DNA of 64,000 nucleotides from Alphaproteobacteria bacterium (GTDB lineage: Bacteria; Pseudomonadota; Alphaproteobacteria; CALKHQ01), in assembly GCA_965227515.1 (NCBI GenBank), contig CBDDFZ010000001.1:3712001-3776000 (forward strand), in the 5' to 3' direction. Below the pieces are notes generated by a model, which saw only the letters and a program-made list of their open reading frames with translations, was not told where the DNA came from and ran no database searches. Within the stretch, counting starts at the first letter, position 1. Each line of letters starts with the position of its first letter. Shown one piece after another: positions 1-9,120 of the stretch. A program made the translations under genes and the position numbers.

Positions 1-312
1 CGCATCGCCGGCCATTCGTGGTTCGCCACATTCCGCAAGGTCGCGCTGCCGCTGGCGATGCCCGGCATTGCGGCGGCCGGCCTGCTGGCCTTCATCTTCG
101 CCTGGAACAATTTCGTCTTCGCCCTGGTCCTGGCGTCGGCCGACAAGCAGCCGGTGACCGTCGGCGCCCTGGCCTTCGTTACCGCCTCTGGCATCCAGTA
201 TGGCCAGGTCGCGGCCGGCGTCGTGCTCTCGATCCTGCCGACGCTCGCGCTCGCGATATATGCCCAGAAATATCTGGTCGAGGGCTTGTCCCTCGGTGCG
301 GTCAAGGGGTAG
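1..312 (+). CDS. Carbohydrate ABC transporter permease (MalG-type), 5' end truncated by the window edge
   Basis: Frame 1 is open from base 1 (RIAGHSWFATFRKVALPLAMPGIAAAGLLAFIFAWNNF...QKYLVEGLSLGAVKG), a typical CUT1 permease C-terminus. Confidence 0.9.
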   Translation, partial: RIAGHSWFATFRKVALPLAMPGIAAAGLLAFIFAWNNFVFALVLASADKQPVTVGALAFVTASGIQYGQVAAGVVLSILPTLALAIYAQKYLVEGLSLGAVKG

Positions 313-317
313 CCACC

Positions 318-1424
318 ATGTCTATCCAGTTGATCGATATCGTGAAATCGTTCAAGGACGACCTTGTGCTCGACCGCGTGTCGTTCGAGGTCGCGGCCGG
401 CGAGACGCTGGTGCTGTTCGGCCCGTCGGGTGCGGGCAAGACCGTGCTGTTGCGCCTGATCGCCGGTGTGATCGATCCGGACCAGGGCACCATCGTCATC
501 AACGGCCGCGACATGACCGGTGTCGAGCCCGAGGACCGCGGCATCGGCATGGCGTTTCAGAACTTCGCGCTTTTTCCGCACATGGACGCGCGCACCAACA
601 TCGCCAGCCCGCTGGAGGCGCGGCGCGCGACCCGCGCGGAGATCGATCGCCGGGTCGACGAGGTCGCGCGGCTGCTCAAGATCGACCACGTGCTGGGCCA
701 CAAGCCGAAGGCGCTGTCCAATGGACAGAAGCAGCGCACCTCGCTCGGTCGGGCGCTGGCCGGCGAGCCGTCGATCCTGCTGCTCGACGATCCGTTGCGC
801 AACGTGGATGCCAAGCTGCGGTTCGAGATGCGCCTGGAGCTTCCGCGGCTGCTGAAGGACCAGCAGGCGACGGTGATCTACGTGACCCAGGACTACAAGG
901 AGGCGATGGCGCTCGGCGATCGGATCGCGGTGCTGGGGCAGCATGGCGTCACGCAGATCGGAACGCCGGAGGACATCTACCTCCGGCCCAATTCGACCGA
1001 GATCGCGCGGCTGTTCGGCGATCCCGTGATCAACCTGCTCGATGTCGTGCCGGCGGCCGGCCAACAAGGCCCGGAAGTCAGCCTGTCCGGCGCGGACATT
1101 CCCATCCACCCCAGCCTGTCCGGCGCGGTCGGTCGGGAGTGCGTGCTGGGGGTTCGTCCGGAAGCGATCCGGTTCGTCGACCCCGACGCGCCGGGCGCGT
1201 TCAAGGTCGCCATCGAAGCGGAGACACCGCTGAACGAAAAGACCGTCACGCTTGCTGCCACGGCGCGCCATCGCGAGATTCTGATCTCCCGACCCGCCGG
1301 GGAGCCCGGGCCGGACCACGGTGACGCCTGGGTCAGCGTTGGCGCCGAGGCCATGATGCTGTTCGATCGGGCGACCGGCGCGCGCATCGACAACGCCCCC
1401 TCGCTGCAGGGAGCGGCAACATGA
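318..1424 (+). CDS. Polyol/sugar ABC transporter ATP-binding protein (MalK-like)
   Basis: Start trimmed to ATG 318 (MSIQLIDIVK); Walker A GPSGAGKT, signature LSNGQKQR, Walker B LLLDDP. Confidence 0.92.
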   Translation: MSIQLIDIVKSFKDDLVLDRVSFEVAAGETLVLFGPSGAGKTVLLRLIAGVIDPDQGTIVINGRDMTGVEPEDRGIGMAFQNFALFPHMDARTNIASPLEARRATRAEIDRRVDEVARLLKIDHVLGHKPKALSNGQKQRTSLGRALAGEPSILLLDDPLRNVDAKLRFEMRLELPRLLKDQQATVIYVTQDYKEAMALGDRIAVLGQHGVTQIGTPEDIYLRPNSTEIARLFGDPVINLLDVVPAAGQQGPEVSLSGADIPIHPSLSGAVGRECVLGVRPEAIRFVDPDAPGAFKVAIEAETPLNEKTVTLAATARHREILISRPAGEPGPDHGDAWVSVGAEAMMLFDRATGARIDNAPSLQGAAT

Positions 1425-2545
1425 CGGACACGGTGCTCAGCCTAGTGGAGGTCGACAAATTCTACGGGCCCATCAATGGCGGCGTCCATGCGGTCAAGGC
1501 CGTCAACATGGATGTGACCAAGGGCGAAATCATCGCGCTGCTGGGCTCGTCGGGCTGCGGCAAGACGTCGACGCTGCGCATGATCGCCGGCTTCGAGGAG
1601 ACCAGCCGCGGCAGGATCCATCTCGCCGGACGCGACGTGCAGACCCTGGCGCCGATGAAGCGCAACGTGGCCATGGCCTTCGAGGGCTATTCCCTCTACC
1701 CGACGGTGAACGTCCGCGACAACATTGCGTTCGCGCTCAAGGCCAAACGCCTTCCCGCGTCGGAGGTGGATGCCAGGGTCGCCGAGGTGAGCGAGATGCT
1801 GGAGATAGCCGACATCCTCGACCGCCGCCCGAACTCGATCTCCGGTGGGCAGCAGCAGCGCGCGTCCCTGGCCCGTGCCCTGATCCGGGATGCCGACCTC
1901 TATCTCCTCGACGAGCCGATGGGGCAACTGGAACCGCAGTTGCGGACACTGCTGCGCGGCAGGATCAAGCACTTCATCAAGGAGCGCGGCATGACCGCGA
2001 TCCTGGTAACCCACGACCAAACCGAGGCCAACGCGCTCGCCGATCGGATCGCGGTGATGGAGGACGGCGAGCTACAGCAATATGCGTCGCCGAGCGAGAT
2101 CAAGTTGCGGCCGGCAAACCTCTTCACCGGCACGTTCATCGGCGAGCCGCCCATGAACGTCTTCCCGGCGGAGGTCACGACCCGGTCCGGCGAGCTCCAC
2201 TTTGACCTCCAGGGCGGGCTTGCCCTCCCCTATCCCGAGAGCGCCTTCGCGCCCGAGGTGCGTGACGCGATGCTTGCGCGCAAGCGCATCGTCATCGGCG
2301 TCCGGCCCTACGCGGTCTATCGCTCGGCGGAGGGCGCGCCGGCCAAGGTGCTGGTCAACCAGTGGCTGGGCGACCAGAGCCATATCGCGACCAGCTTCGC
2401 CGATGGGACGCTGGTTCTCGTGGAGCATGACAGGGCCGATGTCGCGGCCGGCGATGAAATCGCGATCCAGCTCAATCCCGCCGACCTGCACGTCTTCGAT
2501 CCGGACACCGGCACGGCGATCAGCCACGGCCAGGACCTCGCCTGA
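1421..2545 (+). CDS. Second polyol/sugar ABC transporter ATP-binding protein
   Basis: GSSGCGKTS, ISGGQQQR, LLDEP; ATGA overlap with the upstream gene. Confidence 0.93.
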   Translation: MTDTVLSLVEVDKFYGPINGGVHAVKAVNMDVTKGEIIALLGSSGCGKTSTLRMIAGFEETSRGRIHLAGRDVQTLAPMKRNVAMAFEGYSLYPTVNVRDNIAFALKAKRLPASEVDARVAEVSEMLEIADILDRRPNSISGGQQQRASLARALIRDADLYLLDEPMGQLEPQLRTLLRGRIKHFIKERGMTAILVTHDQTEANALADRIAVMEDGELQQYASPSEIKLRPANLFTGTFIGEPPMNVFPAEVTTRSGELHFDLQGGLALPYPESAFAPEVRDAMLARKRIVIGVRPYAVYRSAEGAPAKVLVNQWLGDQSHIATSFADGTLVLVEHDRADVAAGDEIAIQLNPADLHVFDPDTGTAISHGQDLA

Positions 2546-2688
2546 TGGCCGCGCCCGGCGCAAGCATCATCATCGGCATCGACGCCGGCACGTCGTCGGA
2601 CTGTGCAAGGGCCCGGCGCGACCTGCGCGTGGCTCTGCTGCCGGTCCGGGCCAAGCGCGCCGAAATTGGGGAGGCCGCACGTGCCTAG
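2545..2688 (+). pseudogene. eryA: Internally deleted relic of an FGGY erythritol kinase (eryA)
   Basis: Hand translation MAAPGASIIIGIDAGTSSDCARARRDLRVALLPVRAKRAEIGEAARA*; FGGY N-terminal motif IIIGIDAGTS; coupled to both neighbours; occupies the eryA position of ery/rbt loci. Confidence 0.72.
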
Positions 2689-3721
2689 CAAAGTCGCCAT
2701 CATCGGCGATCATTTCATGCTGCCGGAGGTGTTCGAGGAGGAAATCCTGGCGGCCTGCGGCGATGCGGTGGAGACGCGCACGCGCAAGGACAACTGGCCC
2801 GACGAGCCCATGGAACACGGTTACGCCGTCGCCGGCATGGAGGGCCTGAAGGAGTATTTCGGCACCGCCGACGACGTTGTCGACTTCATCGGCGACGCCG
2901 AGGTGCTGGTCACCCAGTTGGCGCCGATGTCGCGCGCGATGCTGGAGCGCCTGCCGCAGCTCAAGTTGATAGCCGTTTCGCGCGGCGGGCCGGTGAACAT
3001 CGACATGGCGGCCGCGCGCGACCACCGCGTGCTGGTCGTCAATACGCCAGGCCGGAATGCCAGCGCGGTGGCGGAGTTCACCATCGGCGCGATCCTCGCC
3101 GAGACGCGCAAGATCCGGGAAGGTCACGAGGCGTTGCGGCGCGGCGAATGGCGCGGCGACCTCTACCGCGCCGACATCACCGGCCGCGAACTGAACGAGA
3201 TGACGGTCGGCGTGATCGGCTACGGCAATGTCGGCACCCGCGTTGTGAAGCTGCTGCGCGCCTTCGGCTGCCGGATCCTCGTCAACGACCCCTATATCCA
3301 GCTCGACCCGGACGACCTCAAGGCCGGGGTGGAGCTGGTCTCGTTCGATCGCGTGCTCGCCGAGAGCGATATCGTGACCCTGCATCCGCGCGTCACCGAC
3401 GAAACGCGCGGGATGATCGATGCGGATGCCCTCGCCCGCATGAAGCAAGGCGCGCTCCTGGTCAACACGGCCCGCGGCCCGATTTGCGATTACGATGCCT
3501 TGTATGCGGCCCTCACCGAGGGCGTGCTCAGCGGCGCGATGCTGGAGACCTTCGCCATCGAGCCGGCGCCTGCGGACTGGCCGCTACTGCAGCTCCCCAA
3601 CGTCACGCTCACCCCCCACATCGCCGGCGCTTCCGTTCGCACCATCAGGCATGCCGCCGAACAGGCTGCCGAGGAAGTGCGCCGTTATCTGGCCGGGGAG
3701 CCGCCCCGCAATCCCTGCTGA
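2681..3721 (+). CDS. D-isomer-specific 2-hydroxyacid dehydrogenase family protein (RbtA-like polyol-phosphate dehydrogenase)
   Basis: GTG start 2681 (VPSKVAIIGD); GYGNVG Rossmann motif, VNTARG, TPHIAGAS; ery-locus context. Confidence 0.85.
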   Translation: MPSKVAIIGDHFMLPEVFEEEILAACGDAVETRTRKDNWPDEPMEHGYAVAGMEGLKEYFGTADDVVDFIGDAEVLVTQLAPMSRAMLERLPQLKLIAVSRGGPVNIDMAAARDHRVLVVNTPGRNASAVAEFTIGAILAETRKIREGHEALRRGEWRGDLYRADITGRELNEMTVGVIGYGNVGTRVVKLLRAFGCRILVNDPYIQLDPDDLKAGVELVSFDRVLAESDIVTLHPRVTDETRGMIDADALARMKQGALLVNTARGPICDYDALYAALTEGVLSGAMLETFAIEPAPADWPLLQLPNVTLTPHIAGASVRTIRHAAEQAAEEVRRYLAGEPPRNPC

Positions 3722-3728
3722 GACCGCG

Positions 3729-5234
3729 ATGACCGAGACCGTCGATCTCTTCATCGTTGGCGGCGGCATCAACGGGGCCGGGATCGCCCGCGATGCGGCG
3801 GGACGCGGGCTTTCGGTCATCCTCTGCGAGAAGGACGATCTGGCGCAGGGCACCTCGTCGCGATCGGGCAAGCTGGTGCACGGTGGCTTGCGCTATCTGG
3901 AATACTACGAGTTCCGGCTGGTCCGCGAGGCGCTGATCGAGCGCGAGGTTCTTCTGAATGCGGCCAGTCACATCATCTGGCCGATGCGCTTCGTGCTGCC
4001 CCACTCGCCGAACGACCGGCCCGCCTGGCTGGTGCGGGTTGGCCTGTTTCTCTACGACCACCTGGGCGGACGGCGAAAGCTGCCGGGCACGCGTACGCTC
4101 GATCTGCGGCGCGATCCCGAGGGCGCGCCGATCGAGGATACCTACACCCGCGGCTTCGAGTATTCCGACTGCTGGGTGGACGATTCACGGCTTGTCGTGC
4201 TGAACGCGGTCGATGCGGCTGAACGCGGCGCCGAAGTGCTGACCCGGACCGCGTGCACATCCGTCCGCCGCGAGGACGGCCACTGGACCGTGGACATGCG
4301 TGAGGTGGAAACGGGCCAGACCCGTCGCGTGCATGCCCGCGTGGTGGTGAATGCCGGCGGCCCGTGGGTCAACGACATCATTGGCCGGGTTGCCGGCACC
4401 AACTCGCACCGCAGCGTCCGGCTGGTCAAGGGCAGCCACCTGATCACGCCGAAGTTCTGGGACGGGCCGCAGGCCTATCTGGTGCAGAACAACGACAAGC
4501 GAGTGATCTTCATCAACCCCTACGAGGGCGACAAGGCGCTGATCGGCACCACCGACATCCCTTACGAAGGCGCCCCGGAGGATGTCGAGATCGCCGAGGA
4601 TGAGATCGACTACCTGATCGGCGTGGTGAACCGCTACTTCAAGCAGAAGCTGCGGCGAACCGATGTGCTCGCCACCTTCTCCGGCGTGCGACCGCTCTAT
4701 GACGACGGCAAGGGCAACCCGTCGGCGGTGACCCGCGACTACGTGCTCGACCTGGAGCATCCGGACGACGCGCCGCTGTTGAATGTGTTTGGCGGCAAGA
4801 TCACCACCTTCCGCAAGCTCGCGGAACACGCACTGCGCAAGCTGGCGCCGGTGTTCCCCGGGATGGGGCCCGACTGGACGGCGGCCGCGCCCCTGCCCGG
4901 CGGCGACATCCCCGGTGCGGACTTCGACGCTTTTCTCGGCCGGTTGCAGGCGGATTTCCCCTGGCTGCCGCGCGACCTCGCGATGCACTACGCCCGGCAA
5001 TACGGGACGCGGACCCGTCGGATCATTGCGGACGCTGGATCGGTCGCCGACCTCGGCCGGCACTTCGGTGGCATGCTCTACGAGGCCGAAGCCCGGTACC
5101 TGCACAGCAGTGAGTGGGCGCGTTCGGCCGAGGACGTGCTGATGCGGCGCACCAAGCAGTATCTGCACATGAGTGGCCCCGAGCAGGCAGCCTTCGCCGA
5201 CTGGTTTGAAACAACGCTGGCAAATTCGACATGA
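3729..5234 (+). CDS. eryB: FAD-dependent erythritol-phosphate dehydrogenase (GlpD family)
   Basis: Start at ATG 3729 (MTETVDLFIVGGGINGAGIARDAAGRG); GTSSRSGKLVHGGLRYLE, FGGKITTFR; eryC and eryI downstream. Confidence 0.85.
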   Translation: MTETVDLFIVGGGINGAGIARDAAGRGLSVILCEKDDLAQGTSSRSGKLVHGGLRYLEYYEFRLVREALIEREVLLNAASHIIWPMRFVLPHSPNDRPAWLVRVGLFLYDHLGGRRKLPGTRTLDLRRDPEGAPIEDTYTRGFEYSDCWVDDSRLVVLNAVDAAERGAEVLTRTACTSVRREDGHWTVDMREVETGQTRRVHARVVVNAGGPWVNDIIGRVAGTNSHRSVRLVKGSHLITPKFWDGPQAYLVQNNDKRVIFINPYEGDKALIGTTDIPYEGAPEDVEIAEDEIDYLIGVVNRYFKQKLRRTDVLATFSGVRPLYDDGKGNPSAVTRDYVLDLEHPDDAPLLNVFGGKITTFRKLAEHALRKLAPVFPGMGPDWTAAAPLPGGDIPGADFDAFLGRLQADFPWLPRDLAMHYARQYGTRTRRIIADAGSVADLGRHFGGMLYEAEARYLHSSEWARSAEDVLMRRTKQYLHMSGPEQAAFADWFETTLANST

Positions 5235-6256
5235 CTGGTCCGGTCACTGACAACCCGACGCCGCCCACCGACCTGCCCGACCTCGCGCGCTATTCGGCGC
5301 GCATCGGCGCCGACCCGCTGCTGATCCAGGGTGCCGGCGGAAACACGTCGATCAAGGATGGCGACGTTATGTGGATCAAGGCGTCCGGCACCGTGCTGGC
5401 CGATGCGCTGTCCCGCGAGATCTTCGTGCCGGTCGATCTGCCGGCGATAAGGGCATCGCTCGACGATCCGGCCATCGATGCAGACGCGCCGGCCCAGTTC
5501 GCGCTCGAAACCCACGGTCTGCGCCCCTCGATCGAGACGTGCCTGCACGCGGTGTTTCCCCAGCGCGTCGTCGTGCACGCACACTGCGTCCAAACACTGG
5601 CCGTGGCGGTGCGCACCGACGCTGAGGACATCCTGGGTCGGAAACTGGCCGGCTTCGACTATTGCGCGGTGCCTTATGCGCGCCCTGGCGCGCATCTGGC
5701 GGCGATGGTGCGCGATCGGCTGGGGCCGGCAACCAATGTGGCGGTCCTGCTGAACCATGGTCTGATCGTCGCGGCCGACACCGTCGCCCAGGCGGACGCC
5801 CTGCTTGAAAAGGTCACCCAGGCGCTGACGGTCGAACCGCAAGCGTTCGCGCAGCCGGATATCGGCGGCCTGCGTGATCTGGCGGGCCCCGGATGGGTCG
5901 TGCCCGAGGCATCCGCGCCGGTACACCAGGTTGCGCTGTCCGCGGACCGGGTTCGACGGGCCACCGGCGGCAGCCTCTACCCCGACCACGTCATCTTCTG
6001 CGGGGTCGGCGCCACCGCGGTGGATGCCGGCAGCATCCCTGCCGCTGCCGCCTCGCCGCCGATGGTGATCGTTCCCGGGATGGGGGCATTGGTGCGTGCC
6101 GACGCCAGCAGCGGTGCCGTGGCGCTGGCGCAATGTCTCGGCGATGTGCTCATGCGCGTGCCGCCCGACGCCGAACTGATCTACCTGACGCCGGGGCAGA
6201 ACGCCGAGCTTCTGGGCTGGGATGCCGAGAAGTATCGGCAGTCCCTCAATGCCTGA
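5231..6256 (+). CDS. Class II aldolase/adducin family protein (LalA-like)
   Basis: QGAGGNTSIK, RPSIETCLH, HAH and NHG metal-binding motifs, LYPDHVIF. Confidence 0.85.
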   Translation: MTGPVTDNPTPPTDLPDLARYSARIGADPLLIQGAGGNTSIKDGDVMWIKASGTVLADALSREIFVPVDLPAIRASLDDPAIDADAPAQFALETHGLRPSIETCLHAVFPQRVVVHAHCVQTLAVAVRTDAEDILGRKLAGFDYCAVPYARPGAHLAAMVRDRLGPATNVAVLLNHGLIVAADTVAQADALLEKVTQALTVEPQAFAQPDIGGLRDLAGPGWVVPEASAPVHQVALSADRVRRATGGSLYPDHVIFCGVGATAVDAGSIPAAAASPPMVIVPGMGALVRADASSGAVALAQCLGDVLMRVPPDAELIYLTPGQNAELLGWDAEKYRQSLNA

Positions 6257-7508
6257 GGCCGACCTCCACATAGGTCTCGACGTCGGCACGTCCGGCGCGC
6301 GCGCCATCGCCATCGACGCGTCCGGTGCGGTGCGGGCCGAAGCCAAGGCCGACATGGCCGCCTTCGGTGCCAACCGGCGGTCGCCCCGGACCTGGTGGGA
6401 CACGGCACGAACGGCGATCGCCGGGGTGCTGGCAGACGTGGCCCCGCATCGCGTGCGCTCCATCGCCGTGGACGGCACCTCTGGCACAATGCTGCCCATC
6501 CGCGCGGACGGAACGCCGCTGACGGACGGGCTGATGTACAACGATGCCTGCGAGGACGCCGGAATCCTCGCCCGGATCGACGATACCGCTCCTGCCGACA
6601 GTGCGGCGCGCGGCATCTCATCCGGATTGGCCCGCGCCCTCACTTTGTCCCGCTGTCGGCCTGATCTGATCATCCACCAGGCGGACTGGATCGCCGGCCG
6701 GTTGTCGGGACGCTGGGTCAGCGACGAGAACAACGCGCTGAAGACAGGCTACGATCTCGGCATTTCCGCGTGGCCGGACTGGATCGCCGAGACCGGGCTC
6801 GATATGGGCCTGTTGCCGGACGTGGTGCCACCCGGAACCCTGGTCGGGCAGATCGCAGCCGCAGCCGCGTCGGAATTCGGACTCCGCCAGGACACGTGCG
6901 TCGTCGCCGGCACCACGGACGGCTGCGCCAGCTTCATAGCCACAGGCGCCGACGGGCCGGGCGACGGGGTCACCGCACTGGGCACGACGCTGACGATCAA
7001 GATGCTGTCCGACAAGCCAATCTCGGCGCCGGCGTTCGGCATCTACAGCCATCGGATCGCCGGCAATTGGCTGGCCGGCGGTGCATCGAACTCCGGCGGC
7101 AACGTGCTGCTCAAGTTTTTCGACGCAGACCGACTTGCGGCATTGTCGGCCCTGATCGATACCGACCAGGATTACGACCTCGGATACTATCCGCTCGCGG
7201 CACCCGGCGAGCGCTTTCCCATCGCGGACCCCACGCTTGCGCCACGGACCGAGCCACGGCCCACGGACGACGTCGCCTTTCTCGGCGGCCTGCTGGATGG
7301 CATCGCCGGCATCGAGGCCCTGGGCTACCGGCGCCTCCAGGAACAGGGCGCGCCGCGCCTCGTTTCGATCCGCACGGTCGGCGGCGGCGCGAAGAACGCG
7401 GCCTGGACCGGGCTGCGTCAACGTCGGCTGGATGTACCGATGCGGCCGCCGACGAGTATCGAGGCAGCCTATGGAACGGCACTGCTGGCAAGACAGGGCG
7501 TCGCATGA
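6249..7508 (+). CDS. FGGY-family carbohydrate kinase (RbtB/ribulokinase-like)
   Basis: Start at ATG 6249; GLDVGTSG, VDGTSGT, GTTDGCA, GERFP, VGGGAKN. Confidence 0.88.
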   Translation: MPEADLHIGLDVGTSGARAIAIDASGAVRAEAKADMAAFGANRRSPRTWWDTARTAIAGVLADVAPHRVRSIAVDGTSGTMLPIRADGTPLTDGLMYNDACEDAGILARIDDTAPADSAARGISSGLARALTLSRCRPDLIIHQADWIAGRLSGRWVSDENNALKTGYDLGISAWPDWIAETGLDMGLLPDVVPPGTLVGQIAAAAASEFGLRQDTCVVAGTTDGCASFIATGADGPGDGVTALGTTLTIKMLSDKPISAPAFGIYSHRIAGNWLAGGASNSGGNVLLKFFDADRLAALSALIDTDQDYDLGYYPLAAPGERFPIADPTLAPRTEPRPTDDVAFLGGLLDGIAGIEALGYRRLQEQGAPRLVSIRTVGGGAKNAAWTGLRQRRLDVPMRPPTSIEAAYGTALLARQGVA

Positions 7509-7518
7509 TGGCGACAAC

Positions 7519-7550
7519 CCTGAATACGAACTAGCCTGAATACGATCTAG
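7519..7550 (+). repeat. 16-bp tandem direct repeat CCTGAATACGA(A/T)CTAG x2
   Basis: 7519-7534 cctgaatacgaactag and 7535-7550 cctgaatacgatctag, one mismatch. Confidence 0.85.
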
Positions 7551-7560
7551 GAGACGCTGC

Positions 7561-8493
7561 GTGGCCTTTACCCTGTCGCTCAACGCCAATCCGCTGGTGA
7601 ACCGCTTCGCCGACCCGGACGACCTGATCGAGACGGTGGCGCGCGACCTGCGGATACGCGACCTGCAACTGACGCACGAGTTCATCAACCCAAGCTGGCC
7701 AGCGCCGGTGACCCGGCGATTGACCCGCCAGATGTCCGCCGCGTTAGGGCGCACCGGCGTGCGGATCACCTCCGGCATGACCGGGCCGTATGGGCGGCTC
7801 AACCACTTCGGGCATCCCGACGAGGGCGTGCGGCGCTACTATGTGGACTGGTTCAATGGCCTGGCCGACATCATCGCCGATCTCGGCGGCGAGGCGATCG
7901 GCACCCAGTTCGCCATCTTCACCTACCGCGACTATGACGATCTCGCTCGGCGGGACGAGTTGATCGACATCGCCATAGAGTGCTGGGCGACGGTCGCCGA
8001 GCATGCGAAAGCTGCCGGCCTCCGCTATGTCTTCTGGGAGCCCATGAGCATCGGGCGCGAGTTCGGCGAGACCATCGAGGCCTGCCTGGCGCTGCAGGCG
8101 CGCATCGGGGCGGCGAACATGGCGGTGCCGATGTGGATGATGGCCGATATCGACCACGGCGACGTCACCAGCGCCAATCCCGACGACTACGACCCCTACG
8201 CGTGGGCCCGTGCCGTGCCGAAGCTCTCCCCGATCATCCACATCAAGCAGTCGCTGATGGACAAGAGTGGCCACCGCCCGTTCACGGCGGCATTCAACGC
8301 CAAGGGCAGTATTCAGCCCGAGCCCCTGATCGCCGCATTCCGCGAGGGCGGCGGGGCCGACAACGAGATCTGCCTGGAACTCGGGTTCAAGGAGCGCGAG
8401 CCGAACGACCGCGAGGTCATCCCGCAGATCGCGGAGTCCGTGGCCTTCTGGGCGCCCTATATCGAGACCGGCGTGAACGACCTCAACATCTGA
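7561..8493 (+). CDS. eryC: D-erythrulose-1-phosphate 3-epimerase (TIM barrel)
   Basis: MAFTLSLNANPLVNRFADPDDL..., WEPMSIGREF, DIDHGD, IIHIKQS resemble EryC; AGGAG RBS before the GTG. Confidence 0.85.
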   Translation: MAFTLSLNANPLVNRFADPDDLIETVARDLRIRDLQLTHEFINPSWPAPVTRRLTRQMSAALGRTGVRITSGMTGPYGRLNHFGHPDEGVRRYYVDWFNGLADIIADLGGEAIGTQFAIFTYRDYDDLARRDELIDIAIECWATVAEHAKAAGLRYVFWEPMSIGREFGETIEACLALQARIGAANMAVPMWMMADIDHGDVTSANPDDYDPYAWARAVPKLSPIIHIKQSLMDKSGHRPFTAAFNAKGSIQPEPLIAAFREGGGADNEICLELGFKEREPNDREVIPQIAESVAFWAPYIETGVNDLNI

Positions 8494-8531
8494 TCCGGCG
8501 CCGTGCCGCCGTCATTCAAGGGAGCTGAACG

Positions 8532-8987
8532 ATGAAGATTGCTGTAGCGGGCGACAGTGCGGGCGAAGGGTTGGCGCATACGCTGGCCGAGTACTTGAAG
8601 GAACGCTACGACGTGGCCGAGGTGTCGCATGGTGCGAACGGCCCCGATCCGTTCTATGCCTACCTGTCCGACCGCGTGGCGTCCGGCGTGATGGACGGGA
8701 CCTACGACCGGGCGATTCTGATCTGCGGCACCGGAATCGGTGTTTGCATCTCCGCCAACAAAGTGCCCGGAATTCGTGCCGCGCTGACGCACGATACCTA
8801 CTCGGCGGAGCGCGCCGCACTCTCCAACAATGCGCAGATCATCACCATGGGCGCGCGCGTCGTCGGCCCGGAGGTCGCGAAGTCGATCGCGGATGCCTTC
8901 CTGCGGGAGACCTTCGACGAGAACGGCCGCTCCGCGGGCAATGTCCGGGCGATCAACGAAGTCGACGCCAAGTACAACGCACGCTAG
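8532..8987 (+). CDS. eryI: D-erythrulose-4-phosphate isomerase (RpiB family)
   Basis: [49 protein letters not shown]; ery context. Confidence 0.85.
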   Translation: MKIAVAGDSAGEGLAHTLAEYLKERYDVAEVSHGANGPDPFYAYLSDRVASGVMDGTYDRAILICGTGIGVCISANKVPGIRAALTHDTYSAERAALSNNAQIITMGARVVGPEVAKSIADAFLRETFDENGRSAGNVRAINEVDAKYNAR

Positions 8988-9003
8988 CGCATGATCATTT
9001 CAG

Positions 9004-9085
9004 TCGGCACCGGCCCTCACCCCCACCCGGCCACCCCGCAGGATACTTTCGTGGGTGGCCAAGTGGGGGTGAGAGCCGGTGCCGA
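9004..9085. repeat. Long imperfect inverted repeat (REP-like stem-loop) between convergent genes
   Basis: tcggcaccggccctcacccccacccggccaccc pairs with gggtggccaagtgggggtgagagccggtgccga. Confidence 0.8.
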
Positions 9086-9120
9086 TTCAGCGAAAGCGAA
9101 GAACGATCTGGAACGCCGCG

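Noticed and set aside
3729-5234. Call as glycerol-3-phosphate dehydrogenase glpD
   Set aside because: Same family, but neighbouring eryC/eryI and the absence of glpK favour EryB
7519-7550. Direct repeat considered as a CRISPR remnant
   Set aside because: Only two abutting 16-bp units, no spacer and no cas genes
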